Source: an uncultured Candidatus Saccharibacteria bacterium
Lineage (GTDB): Bacteria > Patescibacteriota > Minisyncoccia > Phycocordibacterales > UBA9973
Assembly (NCBI GenBank): GCA_964401705.1
Contig: CAYNZJ010000001.1
Coordinates: 3,648-67,647, forward strand
Length of the DNA stretch: 64,000 nt
Reading direction: 5' to 3'
Shown: positions 9,860 through 18,518 of the stretch, one piece after another
How positions within the stretch are numbered: the stretch's first letter is position 1
How the letters are laid out: the number at the start of each line of letters is the position of its first letter
Position numbers and translations under genes: made by a program
Notes under the pieces: generated by a model
Databases searched by the model: none
What the model saw: only the letters and a program-made list of their open reading frames with translations
What the model was told of the DNA's origin: nothing

Positions 9860-9877
9860 TTATTTAAATTAAAAAAC

Positions 9878-9905
9878 AAACCCTGTGGTTGACATAGGGT
9901 TTTTA
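9878..9905. terminator. bidirectional rho-independent terminator
   Basis: aaaccctgtggttgacatagggttttt: a hairpin between convergent genes. Confidence 0.5.
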
Positions 9906-9915
9906 TTTGAAATGG

Positions 9916-10221
9916 TCAATCATTTTTTTCCATAGAGTAGCTAAAATCATACCAACCCTCTATTGTCATATCTCCTGCAAATCTCTTTTCTAATGTTGTA
10001 AGAAAGGCATCTTTTGCCTTATCAGATGCTAACATTAAAATATCATCCATGTAACTGCATTTTATAAAATACATATTTCCTTTAGATGTTGTTCGCATCG
10101 TACCTGTAAATCCGCCCCATTCTTGAAGTTCAGTAATTGACTTATATACACAATAGACATCGTTATAATCTTCAAGTTCAACTGCGTTAATCCATTCATT
10201 AAAATCTGTAATTGTTGCCAT
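9916..10221 (-). CDS. hypothetical protein
   Basis: ORF; start placed at MATITDF. Confidence 0.3.
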   Translation of the reverse strand: MATITDFNEWINAVELEDYNDVYCVYKSITELQEWGGFTGTMRTTSKGNMYFIKCSYMDDILMLASDKAKDAFLTTLEKRFAGDMTIEGWYDFSYSMEKND

Positions 10222-10304
10222 ATTAAAATAAAATATCAAAAACGAAGGTAATTAATATAAACGAGGATAATAATAATTAAATATAAAATCGATAATTTTA
10301 TCAA

Positions 10305-10328
10305 TTTGTTTGCAAATAGTTTGCAAAT
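10305..10328. promoter_or_regulatory. tandem palindromic TTTGCAAAT boxes (11-nt spacing), copy 1
   Basis: tttgtttgcaaatagtttgcaaat. TTTGCAAA is its own reverse complement. Same arrangement at 10525-10548. Confidence 0.45.
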
Positions 10329-10340
10329 CGTTCCAAATTA

Positions 10341-10364
10341 AAAGGGGTTTCATTTCTGAAACCC
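10341..10364 (-). terminator. rho-independent terminator immediately after tRNA-Leu fragment 3' end
   Basis: aggggtttcatttctgaaacccct is a perfect 10-bp stem, followed by a T-run on the minus strand. Confidence 0.5.
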
Positions 10365-10368
10365 CTTG

Positions 10369-10426
10369 TGGTGCGGATGATAGGACTCGAACCTACACGC
10401 CGCAAAGCACCAGATCCTAAGTCTGG
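10369..10426 (-). tRNA. partial tRNA-Leu(UAG), 3' portion only (anticodon arm, long variable arm, T-arm, acceptor 3' strand + CCA); probable att site
   Basis: Reverse complement reads CCAGA-CTTAGGA-TCTGG-TGCTTTGCGGCGT-GTAGG-TTCGAGT-CCTAT-CATCCGC-A-CCA. The matching 5' acceptor strand (GCGGATG) and D-arm are absent upstream. Confidence 0.55.
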
Positions 10427-10524
10427 CAAAATATGGTTTCATATGGTTTTATATGAATTAATATGTGTTGAATATCAGGTAATTATAATTTTATTGCCAT
10501 AAATGAAACCAAATAAAAGTAATA

Positions 10525-10548
10525 TTTGTTTGCAAATGGTTTGCAAAT
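10525..10548. promoter_or_regulatory. tandem palindromic TTTGCAAAT boxes, copy 2, directly upstream of integrase start
   Basis: tttgtttgcaaatggtttgcaaat ends 12 nt before the ATG at 10561. Confidence 0.45.
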
Positions 10549-10560
10549 TATCTTTGTGAT

Positions 10561-11787
10561 ATGGCTTTCAGTGTTCGAATAGTATTAGATGATAGAAACC
10601 GAAAAAGGGATGGTTTTCCGTTGGTCTTAAGAATTATCGCAAATCGCCATAGTACTTCGATTCCATTGGGTTTATCTTTAGAACTGAATGAATGGAACGA
10701 AAAAAACCAAACAATCCGTACTTCCTGTCAAAAGTTATCGAATGTGACCAGAGAGAATGCTAAGATAACTAAAAAGAGCCAAGAAGCATTTGAGATACTA
10801 TCCCAATTGGATGAAGATGGTGAACTCACCAAAATGAGTATCTCAGATATTAAAAAACGCATCCTAAAAGAAAATAAGCCGACCTTGCTAAGTGATTATA
10901 CAAAAGAAATAATCTCCGAAATGAAGGCTACTGGTAGACTTGGTAATGCCAGATCTTACCACGAATTCTTGCAATGGGTAATAAAATACAACGGGACAGC
11001 AGATATTCCTTTGGAATATTTAACACTGTTATGGATTAAAAAGATGGAACAGAAGTTTTTATCAGCAGGGAATTCGATTAATGGTCTTGGCGTTAAACTT
11101 CGATCCTTAAGAGCTCTTTTAAATAGAGCTATATCGGAAAACTTATTTTCTAAAGAATCCTATCCTTTTAGTCAGTATAAAATAAAAAAACAGGAAACCG
11201 CAAAAAGGGCATTACCTAAAGCTGCAATAACCAAACTTATTAATACACCTATTGAAACTGACCAAATACTAGAAAGGACCAGACGTATATTTCTAATCTC
11301 ATTTTATATGCGTGGAGCCAGTTTTTCGGATATCTGCTTTTTAAAAGTTGGCGATATTAATGATAACCGTATTTACTACAACCGGAGAAAAACTTCAAAA
11401 CTATATAGCATATCTATTTCTGAGCCATTAGCAGAACTTCTTAAACATTTTACCAAAGGAAAAACGGGTAACGATTTTATTTTACCATTTCTAAAAAAGG
11501 AAATGACTTTAGAACAAGCATACTCAGTTTCAAGGTCTGCTCTCGGTGAATACAATAAGAACCTTCGATCACTGGCAATGCATTTTGAGATAAAAGCTGA
11601 TTTCATGTCAACAAATACAATAAGGCACTCTTTCGCATCACTTGCTAGAGATTCAGGCGTGGATGTATCGACTGTTAGTAAAATGCTTGGCCACAGTGAT
11701 TTAAAAACAACTCAAATTTATCTCGCAAGTATAAGCGATGAAACTATCGATGAAGCGTTTGAAATGGTAATGGGTAATTTGGCTTAA
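10561..11787 (+). CDS. int: tyrosine-type site-specific integrase
   Basis: C-terminal catalytic box IRHSFASLARDSG...LGHSDLKTTQIYL (HxxR ... Y). Confidence 0.8.
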   Translation: MAFSVRIVLDDRNRKRDGFPLVLRIIANRHSTSIPLGLSLELNEWNEKNQTIRTSCQKLSNVTRENAKITKKSQEAFEILSQLDEDGELTKMSISDIKKRILKENKPTLLSDYTKEIISEMKATGRLGNARSYHEFLQWVIKYNGTADIPLEYLTLLWIKKMEQKFLSAGNSINGLGVKLRSLRALLNRAISENLFSKESYPFSQYKIKKQETAKRALPKAAITKLINTPIETDQILERTRRIFLISFYMRGASFSDICFLKVGDINDNRIYYNRRKTSKLYSISISEPLAELLKHFTKGKTGNDFILPFLKKEMTLEQAYSVSRSALGEYNKNLRSLAMHFEIKADFMSTNTIRHSFASLARDSGVDVSTVSKMLGHSDLKTTQIYLASISDETIDEAFEMVMGNLA

Positions 11788-11821
11788 CCTCAATTGCAGA
11801 TACTAAAGTAAATATTTAATT

Positions 11822-12100
11822 TTGACGGACATGGAAATAATATGTCTGGAATCAGATGCGCTCTATAATCTCGTTGAAAAGGTTGTTGAAAGATTGAAGT
11901 TACTGGATGGAGTCGCTCAAGAAAAGTGGATATCTGATGTTGAAGCCATGCGAATTTTGAACATAAAATCAAAAACAACCTTACAACATCTTCGCGATGA
12001 TGGAAGTCTAAAATACTCTCAACCAATGAAAAAGGTGATTCTTTACGATAGAGAATCTATAAATGAATATTTAGAAAAACACTCAAAAGATAAATTTTAA
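11822..12100 (+). CDS. xis: excisionase-like HTH (HTH_17) DNA-binding protein
   Basis: WISDVEAMRILNIKSKTTLQHLRDDGSLKYSQPMKKVILYDRESINEYL fits the excisionase-family HTH pattern. Sits directly after int. Confidence 0.5.
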   Translation: MTDMEIICLESDALYNLVEKVVERLKLLDGVAQEKWISDVEAMRILNIKSKTTLQHLRDDGSLKYSQPMKKVILYDRESINEYLEKHSKDKF

Positions 12101-12101
12101 A

Positions 12102-12389
12102 ATGGAAGAACTAGAAGTAACTCCACCGGAACAATATTTAAAAGGATTTAATAAAGGATATAGTTTTTCAAAAACATATCCTGATGCAGGTCAGCAGGTA
12201 TTAGATATTTTTTCTTCTCAAACTAACCTTTCCAGTGAAAATGACTTTACCTCAGTTACTGGTATGATTGATGGAATTAATCAACATAAAATTGAACAAG
12301 AAAGAGAATTGATAAATGAAAGCTTGGAGGATATCAAGGATTTACGAAATCAACAGGCTGAGGAAAAGTCTCCTGACCTAAATATTTAG
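12102..12389 (+). CDS. hypothetical acidic protein
   Basis: ORF only. Confidence 0.25.
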   Translation: MEELEVTPPEQYLKGFNKGYSFSKTYPDAGQQVLDIFSSQTNLSSENDFTSVTGMIDGINQHKIEQERELINESLEDIKDLRNQQAEEKSPDLNI

Positions 12390-12475
12390 TATAGTAAAAT
12401 AATAATGATACAAGAAGAGGATTTGTCGGTTGGAGAATCGGCAGAAAGCAATATTGTATTGAGGCTAATGCCATG

Positions 12476-12504
12476 ATAGGACTGATTTCAGTCCTATTTT
12501 TTTA
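12476..12504 (+). terminator. rho-independent terminator; also contains 11-nt direct repeat of the tRNA-Leu fragment (ATGATAGGACT)
   Basis: ataggactgatttcagtcctat hairpin followed by ttttttt. Confidence 0.5.
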
Positions 12505-12557
12505 TTTCATGGTTGTGTCTCTAGATGGCTTCTACTCAAAAACAAAATGCTATATTT

Positions 12558-14033
12558 TTATACCATTGGTTGAAAATCTAAATAATATTTAGCATTAAGT
12601 TCATTTTCAAATAAACATACGTTATTTTCATAAAAAGTTATGGTTGAGTAAATAGGATTTAAACATATATTACCTTCACTAGTTAATGCGCCCATTTTAT
12701 TATTATTTTTGATGAGTAAATAGAATAAATGTAGTTTTCTTTTTTTAAAATTTACAACTCTTTCATAATCAATAACACTTGTAACCATTTCATTATTGTT
12801 TTTATCGAACCCAACCACTTCTTTTGTAAATCCAAGATTTTTGAGAAAATATGGTTGCTTTTTAGGTGAATCTAAAAGCATATTACCAAATATGCCAAGA
12901 ATTTCAAATTTTGTCGATTTGGTTCCAACAATTTCTCCGTTAAACAAGTATAGCTTGTCATTTTTAATAAATAGAAATATTTTCTTATTATTCATAGAAT
13001 AAAAGGTGAGACAAAACTCGAAATCAATCTTTATTACATATTTTAAATCATCACAATCCTTAAGATACTCTGTTAAAAAAATATCTCCAACGATAACGGG
13101 TTTATCATTTTGTTTTACTTCCTCAATTGAAACACTCTTTTGAGTGTCTAAAACAATTTTGTTATAAAATGTGGGTTTAATTTCAAGGGAATCCTTCTTT
13201 TGTTTATCTTTTACAAGTAAATGATTAGCTTTATTAGGAACCTCACTAATAGACTCTATGGATTTATTTTTTGCTAACTGATATTTTACTATTTCTTGAT
13301 TTAAGGCATTATTCTTCGTATTGAGTGAATTAATTTCCTTCTGCAAATCTTGTTTTGATTTTTCAAGACCAATAATTGAATTATTGAGATTTTTTAGTTC
13401 AACCTTATTGTTTTTCTCGATCTCACTATTTTCATTTTTTAATATATGAATTTGGTCCTGCAATACAATTTTTTCATTCGAAAAAGCCATTTTGATTTCT
13501 TCTATTTGCAATTCATACTTCTTTTGGATAAAAGGTTCTTGATAGTTCTTTCTCTGATTTGCCAAATCTCTTATGTTTAATTCGTTTAAAAAAGTAGAAA
13601 GTTTACTTGATTTTTCAAAATCAAAATGCACAAGAGCCTTAGGGATTTTTATATTAAATTCAAGTTTAAAAAAATTTAAAATATGTTCATAAATTAGCTG
13701 TTCTATTTGATTAATTTCTAACTGCTTAGACTTTTTAATGGGTTTAGAAGAAACTTTATGAGTTGAGTTATTTCGATATTTTCTAAATGCTTGCAGGATA
13801 TTTTTATTCTTCACATAAAACGAATATTTCACATTTAATTCGCCTAAAGACTGCATCAACATAAGGTTGTCATAATAGAACTTATTACTATTACCTTCTT
13901 TTAAAAAGACCTGTGTTTCAGCTATCTTTTCACAAACTAAATGTAAAGCTTCTTTTTTGTCCTTATCAATCTCACTTGAAACCGATATATGGAAAGCCAA
14001 TAAAATTTCTTTTAATTGTTCATAAATATTCAT
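12558..14033 (-). CDS. hypothetical protein, N-terminal domain + central coiled coil + C-terminal beta-rich domain; translationally coupled to RtcR-like regulator
   Basis: Its start overlaps the stop of the upstream regulator by 14 nt. Long heptad-like stretch (EIKMAFSNEKIVLQDQIHILKNENSEIEKNN...). No motif I recognise. Confidence 0.35.
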   Translation of the reverse strand: MNIYEQLKEILLAFHISVSSEIDKDKKEALHLVCEKIAETQVFLKEGNSNKFYYDNLMLMQSLGELNVKYSFYVKNKNILQAFRKYRNNSTHKVSSKPIKKSKQLEINQIEQLIYEHILNFFKLEFNIKIPKALVHFDFEKSSKLSTFLNELNIRDLANQRKNYQEPFIQKKYELQIEEIKMAFSNEKIVLQDQIHILKNENSEIEKNNKVELKNLNNSIIGLEKSKQDLQKEINSLNTKNNALNQEIVKYQLAKNKSIESISEVPNKANHLLVKDKQKKDSLEIKPTFYNKIVLDTQKSVSIEEVKQNDKPVIVGDIFLTEYLKDCDDLKYVIKIDFEFCLTFYSMNNKKIFLFIKNDKLYLFNGEIVGTKSTKFEILGIFGNMLLDSPKKQPYFLKNLGFTKEVVGFDKNNNEMVTSVIDYERVVNFKKRKLHLFYLLIKNNNKMGALTSEGNICLNPIYSTITFYENNVCLFENELNAKYYLDFQPMV

Positions 14034-15570
14034 CTACATCCTTCAAATATTTTTTAAGAGTGTTTATTGAACCGATCCCTAGTGCTTTTTGGGCTTTTGA
14101 CAAATTTCCATTAAAAATGGCTACTACGGATTTAACATGTGCTTTTATAACTTCATTTAGTTTTAACGATTTAATATTAAGGTTCTTAACTCTCTCAGGA
14201 AGATTTTCGGTGTCTATTATTTCCAAGCCGAATGCATAAAATCTTTCCACAATGTTCTGTAATTCTCTAATATTCCCAGGCCATGAGTGATTGTATAGAA
14301 TTTTCATAGCATTAGGAGTGAATTCAAGAAGTTTTCTTTTACTACCCATTTCATTTTGGAATCTAGTATTGAAAAAGTTTAACAATGCTTTTATATCGTT
14401 TGTACCTCGCTGTCTCAAAGGTGGTAAAGAAATTTCTGCAACAGACAATCTATAGTATAAATCCCAACGGAAACTTCCTTTTTCGCATTCTTCATAAAGA
14501 TTTTTATTAGTCGCAGCAATAATTCTCAAATTAATTTTTTCTGAATTCGTACTTCCAACCTTTTGTATTTCACCTTCTTGCAATACCCTGAGTAGTGCAA
14601 TCTGCATTTGAGGATTTATGTCGCCAATTTCGTCTAAAAAAATTGTTCCACTATTGGCCGAATGAAAATAGCCATCTGTTGTCTCTATGGCATTGGTAAA
14701 TGCACCTTTTACATATCCAAACAACCTACTTTCTAATAAATCTGGACTAATCGCTGCACAATTCACGGTAACATACGGGCTATTATATCTTGAAGAATTT
14801 TTATGAATAAACTTTGCCACATGTTCTTTTCCAGTGCCGGTTTCACCTTCAATTAGAACAGTAGTTTTTTGAGTTAACGCAATTTCTTTTGCTAACTTAT
14901 AAACTGGTATGATTTTATCTGTGATGCAATAATTATCAAGGTCTTCTTCTGCTGATTTCTTATTTCTGGGTTTTACTAGATTCTCATGAATTATTAGAAA
15001 ATCAGTAATTGTTGAACTGCTAAATTGAATTTGAACCAAATTTGGATTTCCTGTTCCAGTATCTTCTTTTTTAATAGTTTGGAACAATCTAGTGTTTGCC
15101 TTAAACTCCATATGGAGCATATACCATACAACTTGCATAGTTGGAGTTCCTGGGGACACAAAAAAATCAATGTTAAATTGTTTAAATTCCAGAATCAAAG
15201 GGTAAAGAGCAGCATGTATTAAGTTAAAGTTTATGACATCTTGTGGCGCTAAGGCCATATAACGCAATTCAATTTGATGGAGTGGAAATGATTTTTTTAA
15301 TGTTGAAAACAAAGTTAGTCCTTTGGTGTATTCCTGACTACTTGACTCAGTTGATAGAAGAATGTGTTTGTCATAACCTTTAAAAAAGTGCTGATGAAAA
15401 CTATATGTTGGACCATTAGTATTAATGCGATTATTTTCAAAATCATTAGTTGCTGCTAACCACGAAATGAGAATTTTCGGCATATTTAAAATTAGAAAAA
15501 TCAAATCTATTATCAAATTTTGATAATTACAAGCAGATAATGAATACGAGCATTTCCAAATCAGAATCAT
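14020..15570 (-). CDS. RtcR-like transcriptional regulator: CARF-like N-domain + sigma54-interaction AAA+ domain (GAFTNA variant) + Fis-type HTH
   Basis: Walker A GETGTGKE, then ESRLFGYVKGAFTNA, WPGNIRELQNIVER, and a C-terminal LSKAQKALGIGSINTLKKYL HTH. The N-domain segment FVSPGTPTMQVVWYML..TRLFQ resembles E. coli RtcR HITTGTHVAQICWFLL..ARLIQ (from memory). Confidence 0.7.
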   Translation of the reverse strand: MILIWKCSYSLSACNYQNLIIDLIFLILNMPKILISWLAATNDFENNRINTNGPTYSFHQHFFKGYDKHILLSTESSSQEYTKGLTLFSTLKKSFPLHQIELRYMALAPQDVINFNLIHAALYPLILEFKQFNIDFFVSPGTPTMQVVWYMLHMEFKANTRLFQTIKKEDTGTGNPNLVQIQFSSSTITDFLIIHENLVKPRNKKSAEEDLDNYCITDKIIPVYKLAKEIALTQKTTVLIEGETGTGKEHVAKFIHKNSSRYNSPYVTVNCAAISPDLLESRLFGYVKGAFTNAIETTDGYFHSANSGTIFLDEIGDINPQMQIALLRVLQEGEIQKVGSTNSEKINLRIIAATNKNLYEECEKGSFRWDLYYRLSVAEISLPPLRQRGTNDIKALLNFFNTRFQNEMGSKRKLLEFTPNAMKILYNHSWPGNIRELQNIVERFYAFGLEIIDTENLPERVKNLNIKSLKLNEVIKAHVKSVVAIFNGNLSKAQKALGIGSINTLKKYLKDVDEYL

Positions 15571-15935
15571 ATTTTAGATATCGTACTTGTTAAAATCAAA
15601 AAAGTACCTTGTATGGTTTGAAATGGGAAACAAACTTAAATATTGAATAAGGATAACCTTTTTGCAAAAAGTAAATAAAAAACCCCCTCATATGTGAGGA
15701 GGCCGAAGATTTTTCAACAGTGTAAGTAGCAATTGCCTCTAACCTGATTAATGATCGCGATTCACCAATCAGAGGTACCAGGTTCATCGGGTACTGGTAT
15801 ACATACAATCATAAAGAACATCTTCGTAGGAGCCTTGCATAAAGTATAGCATAAAGTTATTTAAATGTCAAGATTAATTAATTGTAAATCAATTATATAC
15901 AGTGAAATGCTTATTAGAATTACGAAAAAATAAAA

Positions 15936-15955
15936 ACCCTCAATTTTAATTGAGG
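15936..15955 (-). terminator. hairpin + T-run on minus strand (possible terminator of a minus-strand non-coding transcript)
   Basis: ccctcaattttaattgaggg is a perfect 9-bp stem. The minus-strand reading is followed by tttttatttttt. Confidence 0.3.
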
Positions 15956-15967
15956 GTAAAGAATTTG

Positions 15968-16130
15968 TTGATGTAGAAGCCTCAGAATTCACCATGCCTC
16001 ACGCCTAAGACTGGATGTAAGATAAGGAGGGCCACCAACGCCCTTTTGACATCAATGTTGATGTAGAGGCCTTTAAGATTTGCCATATAAATATGGTTGG
16101 GTTAAACAAAAAGGGCCACCAATCATTGTA
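15968..16130. repeat. two ~17-nt direct repeats TTGATGTAGARGCCT, each followed ~85 nt later by AGGGCCACCAA
   Basis: Seen at 15968 and 16056; one copy lies within the palindrome ACATCAATGTTGATGT. Confidence 0.4.
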
Positions 16131-16373
16131 ATAGTCGAAGAACTAACTCTTTGTTCAATTGTAGCATATTTGATATTATTTGTCAAATAATGATAATAAA
16201 AGTCAATAAATGAATACAAATAAAGAATAAATTTCACATTGCCATTTTTTAATGTATTGATTATGAGTAATATGTATTTTATTTAAAATTAGGTAACCAA
16301 TTTGTATTTTCTAAAGCAAAATTGATTTAAACCCAAACTAACAAATCTCAATTAAAACTCAAAACGTAAAAAC

Positions 16374-17516
16374 ATGGAAAACAAAAACACAATCGTCTAC
16401 ACAAACTATCACCATGAAGGAATTGACAACTACCTCGCATCATGGAAAAAACAAACTTCATCAGAAGTGCAACTAAAGGCGAAAACCAACGCCGGAAAGA
16501 AATTACCGAAAGCTATCGGTGATGATTTTAAACGGTACATTGGTTACTTTAAGGAAAAAGCTCAGGAATGTCTTCGAGACATAGATCGAATCTTAAAAAT
16601 CACTCCTGTTTTATTCAAGATCAAACAATTACGCGATAAACGCGATGAGATGGTCTTTAAAGCTAATGGAAAAAAGGAGGAGTTGGAATCAAAATCTGTT
16701 TCGCTCAATCCTGATGCCAATCACGCCGAACACAAATTAGTTAGAGCCGGTTCCATAATCGCTTTACTTATTCTTGTACTACTAAGCACAGCAGAGACCT
16801 TTCTGTCTTACAAACCGTTCTATTATCTAACAGGTAACAAAGTTTCCACCTGGACTATTTGTATTGTATTCGCAATACTTTGGATAATCGGAGCCGAGAA
16901 ATTTTCTAAGTTCATCAAAGATCAAGCGATTACAAAAAAAGGTATCAAACTTTTCTTTATTATCATAGCCTGCACCTTTGTATTCTATAGCATCGCCCAT
17001 TTACGTGTTTTAGAGAAAGCTTGTTCACGAGCTATTTTAAACGAAGAACCAATCCCAAGCTTTTTTGCTATCAACTTTACTGAAGCTTTAGTCCTTACAG
17101 GAATAGGCTGGGTGTTTTTCATCGGTGGGGTTTGGGTTTCTCAACTATCGCCATCTATTCAAGAAGTTAGGCAAGCCCTGATCCAAAGATTTAACCGAAG
17201 GAAGGCATTAAAAATTCAAAAGGAAATCTTACTTCTACAAGCTGAAATTGACGCAGAAAACGAAAAAATAGCCAAAGAAGAGCATGCAGCCATTTCTCTC
17301 TTAAATATACGTAAGCAGGCAATTAAGGAGGTTGTAGGCTATCTAGAATTCCTTTGCGAGGAGTACAAGGAGGTTAACTATTCATCACGTGTTGATGGTG
17401 TTTACCCCGACTGCTTTAACGAAAAGGTAACTTATGACATGGATACAATTGTACCTAATATCAAGGAAGATCTGGAATTTCAAATGGATAACGCTAACGC
17501 ATCTAAACTTAAATAA
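16374..17516 (+). CDS. hypothetical polytopic membrane protein with C-terminal coiled coil
   Basis: Several predicted TM helices (IIALLILVLLS, WTICIVFAILWIIG, LFFIIIACTFVFYSI, LVLTGIGWVFFIGGVWV). Confidence 0.3.
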   Translation: MENKNTIVYTNYHHEGIDNYLASWKKQTSSEVQLKAKTNAGKKLPKAIGDDFKRYIGYFKEKAQECLRDIDRILKITPVLFKIKQLRDKRDEMVFKANGKKEELESKSVSLNPDANHAEHKLVRAGSIIALLILVLLSTAETFLSYKPFYYLTGNKVSTWTICIVFAILWIIGAEKFSKFIKDQAITKKGIKLFFIIIACTFVFYSIAHLRVLEKACSRAILNEEPIPSFFAINFTEALVLTGIGWVFFIGGVWVSQLSPSIQEVRQALIQRFNRRKALKIQKEILLLQAEIDAENEKIAKEEHAAISLLNIRKQAIKEVVGYLEFLCEEYKEVNYSSRVDGVYPDCFNEKVTYDMDTIVPNIKEDLEFQMDNANASKLK

Positions 17517-17518
17517 TT

Positions 17519-18217
17519 ATGAAGACACTAATATTTACATCACTCATTCTAATTCTAATTGGATGTTCAGAAAACAAAGGAATTATCGAAAAGGAAGTCG
17601 TCTGTGTCATTGATGGCACAGATACTACCATCCATAAACCATCATTCAAAGAAATCAAACCCTTTTTGAATTTAACCGACAATGATTTTGGGTTGGTCTT
17701 TAAAACTAAAATGATAGGGGATATTGATTTCGGAAATTCTTTCGAGCTAAGTTTAAGCCCCAAGGATTATAGTATCGACGAAACCATTGAAGATCGGTTT
17801 TTCCGAAAAAAGAAGTTTTTAAAACATGCTCAGGCCGGATATTTAAAAGTTTCCTCCACCGCAACTCCTAAGGATCACTCAATAATTTATCGGGTAATCG
17901 CCAAGGAACTTAATAAGTTATCAGGTTCAAAAGCCAAACAGCGTACCTTGTTGGTAAACTCAGATCTTATGGAGAATTCAAAGGAACTTAATTTCTATAA
18001 TCCGAGACACTATAGCCTACTAATGAACAGCCCATGTGAAGTGGAGAAATTACTTATTAGACAATTGAAATTAATGGATTTAAAAGGCATTGAAGTTTAT
18101 TTCCTTTTTCAGCCAAAAGATTTCTATCAGAACGATACGTACAAAGCAATCTTGGACATTTATATCAAGATAATTAGCGAGGCAGGCGGGGTTTGTAAAA
18201 TCGGTAATGAATCTTGA
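17519..18217 (+). CDS. hypothetical lipoprotein
   Basis: Signal peptide with lipobox MKTLIFTSLILILIGC. Confidence 0.35.
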   Translation: MKTLIFTSLILILIGCSENKGIIEKEVVCVIDGTDTTIHKPSFKEIKPFLNLTDNDFGLVFKTKMIGDIDFGNSFELSLSPKDYSIDETIEDRFFRKKKFLKHAQAGYLKVSSTATPKDHSIIYRVIAKELNKLSGSKAKQRTLLVNSDLMENSKELNFYNPRHYSLLMNSPCEVEKLLIRQLKLMDLKGIEVYFLFQPKDFYQNDTYKAILDIYIKIISEAGGVCKIGNES

Positions 18218-18267
18218 CAATTTCGGCTTGAAAAGCGAAAATGTAACTACAGAAGTATCAGAATTAA

Positions 18268-18297
18268 AACGGGGATTGGAATTCATTCCCCGTTTTA
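18268..18297 (+). terminator. rho-independent terminator
   Basis: aaacggggattggaattcattccccgtttt. Confidence 0.45.
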
Positions 18298-18329
18298 TCT
18301 TAAACAATCGAATAATAGAATAATTATAA

Positions 18330-18506
18330 ATGGCTCACAAACAACATAGCGGTGGTATCGGCAACTTTCTATTGGGGGCAATAAAATTTATCGTGAAAGT
18401 CATATTTAGAATATGTGTTTTAGTATTGGTATTCATCGGTAAATTAATTGTCGCAATACTCGAAAAGATTATAGAGGTGGCGGAACACAAACATAATAAA
18501 CACTAA
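18330..18506 (+). CDS. small membrane protein (58 aa; not in supplied ORF track)
   Basis: MAHKQHSGGIGNFLLGAIKFIVKVIFRICVLVLVFIGKLIVAILEKIIEVAEHKHNKH. Sits directly upstream of the coupling-protein gene. Confidence 0.25.
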   Translation: MAHKQHSGGIGNFLLGAIKFIVKVIFRICVLVLVFIGKLIVAILEKIIEVAEHKHNKH

Positions 18507-18518
18507 CCAAATAAACAT

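Noticed and set aside
10427-10520. A complete tRNA-Leu including a 5' half upstream of the fragment
   Set aside because: The expected complementary acceptor strand (CATCCGC on plus) and D-arm are absent in the next 100 nt. Only the 3' portion is present.
14020-15570. Calling the AAA+ regulator NtrC/PspF-type
   Set aside because: There is no receiver domain (no D-D-K phospho-acceptor pattern). The N-domain instead resembles the RtcR CARF-like sensor, so it is called RtcR-like.
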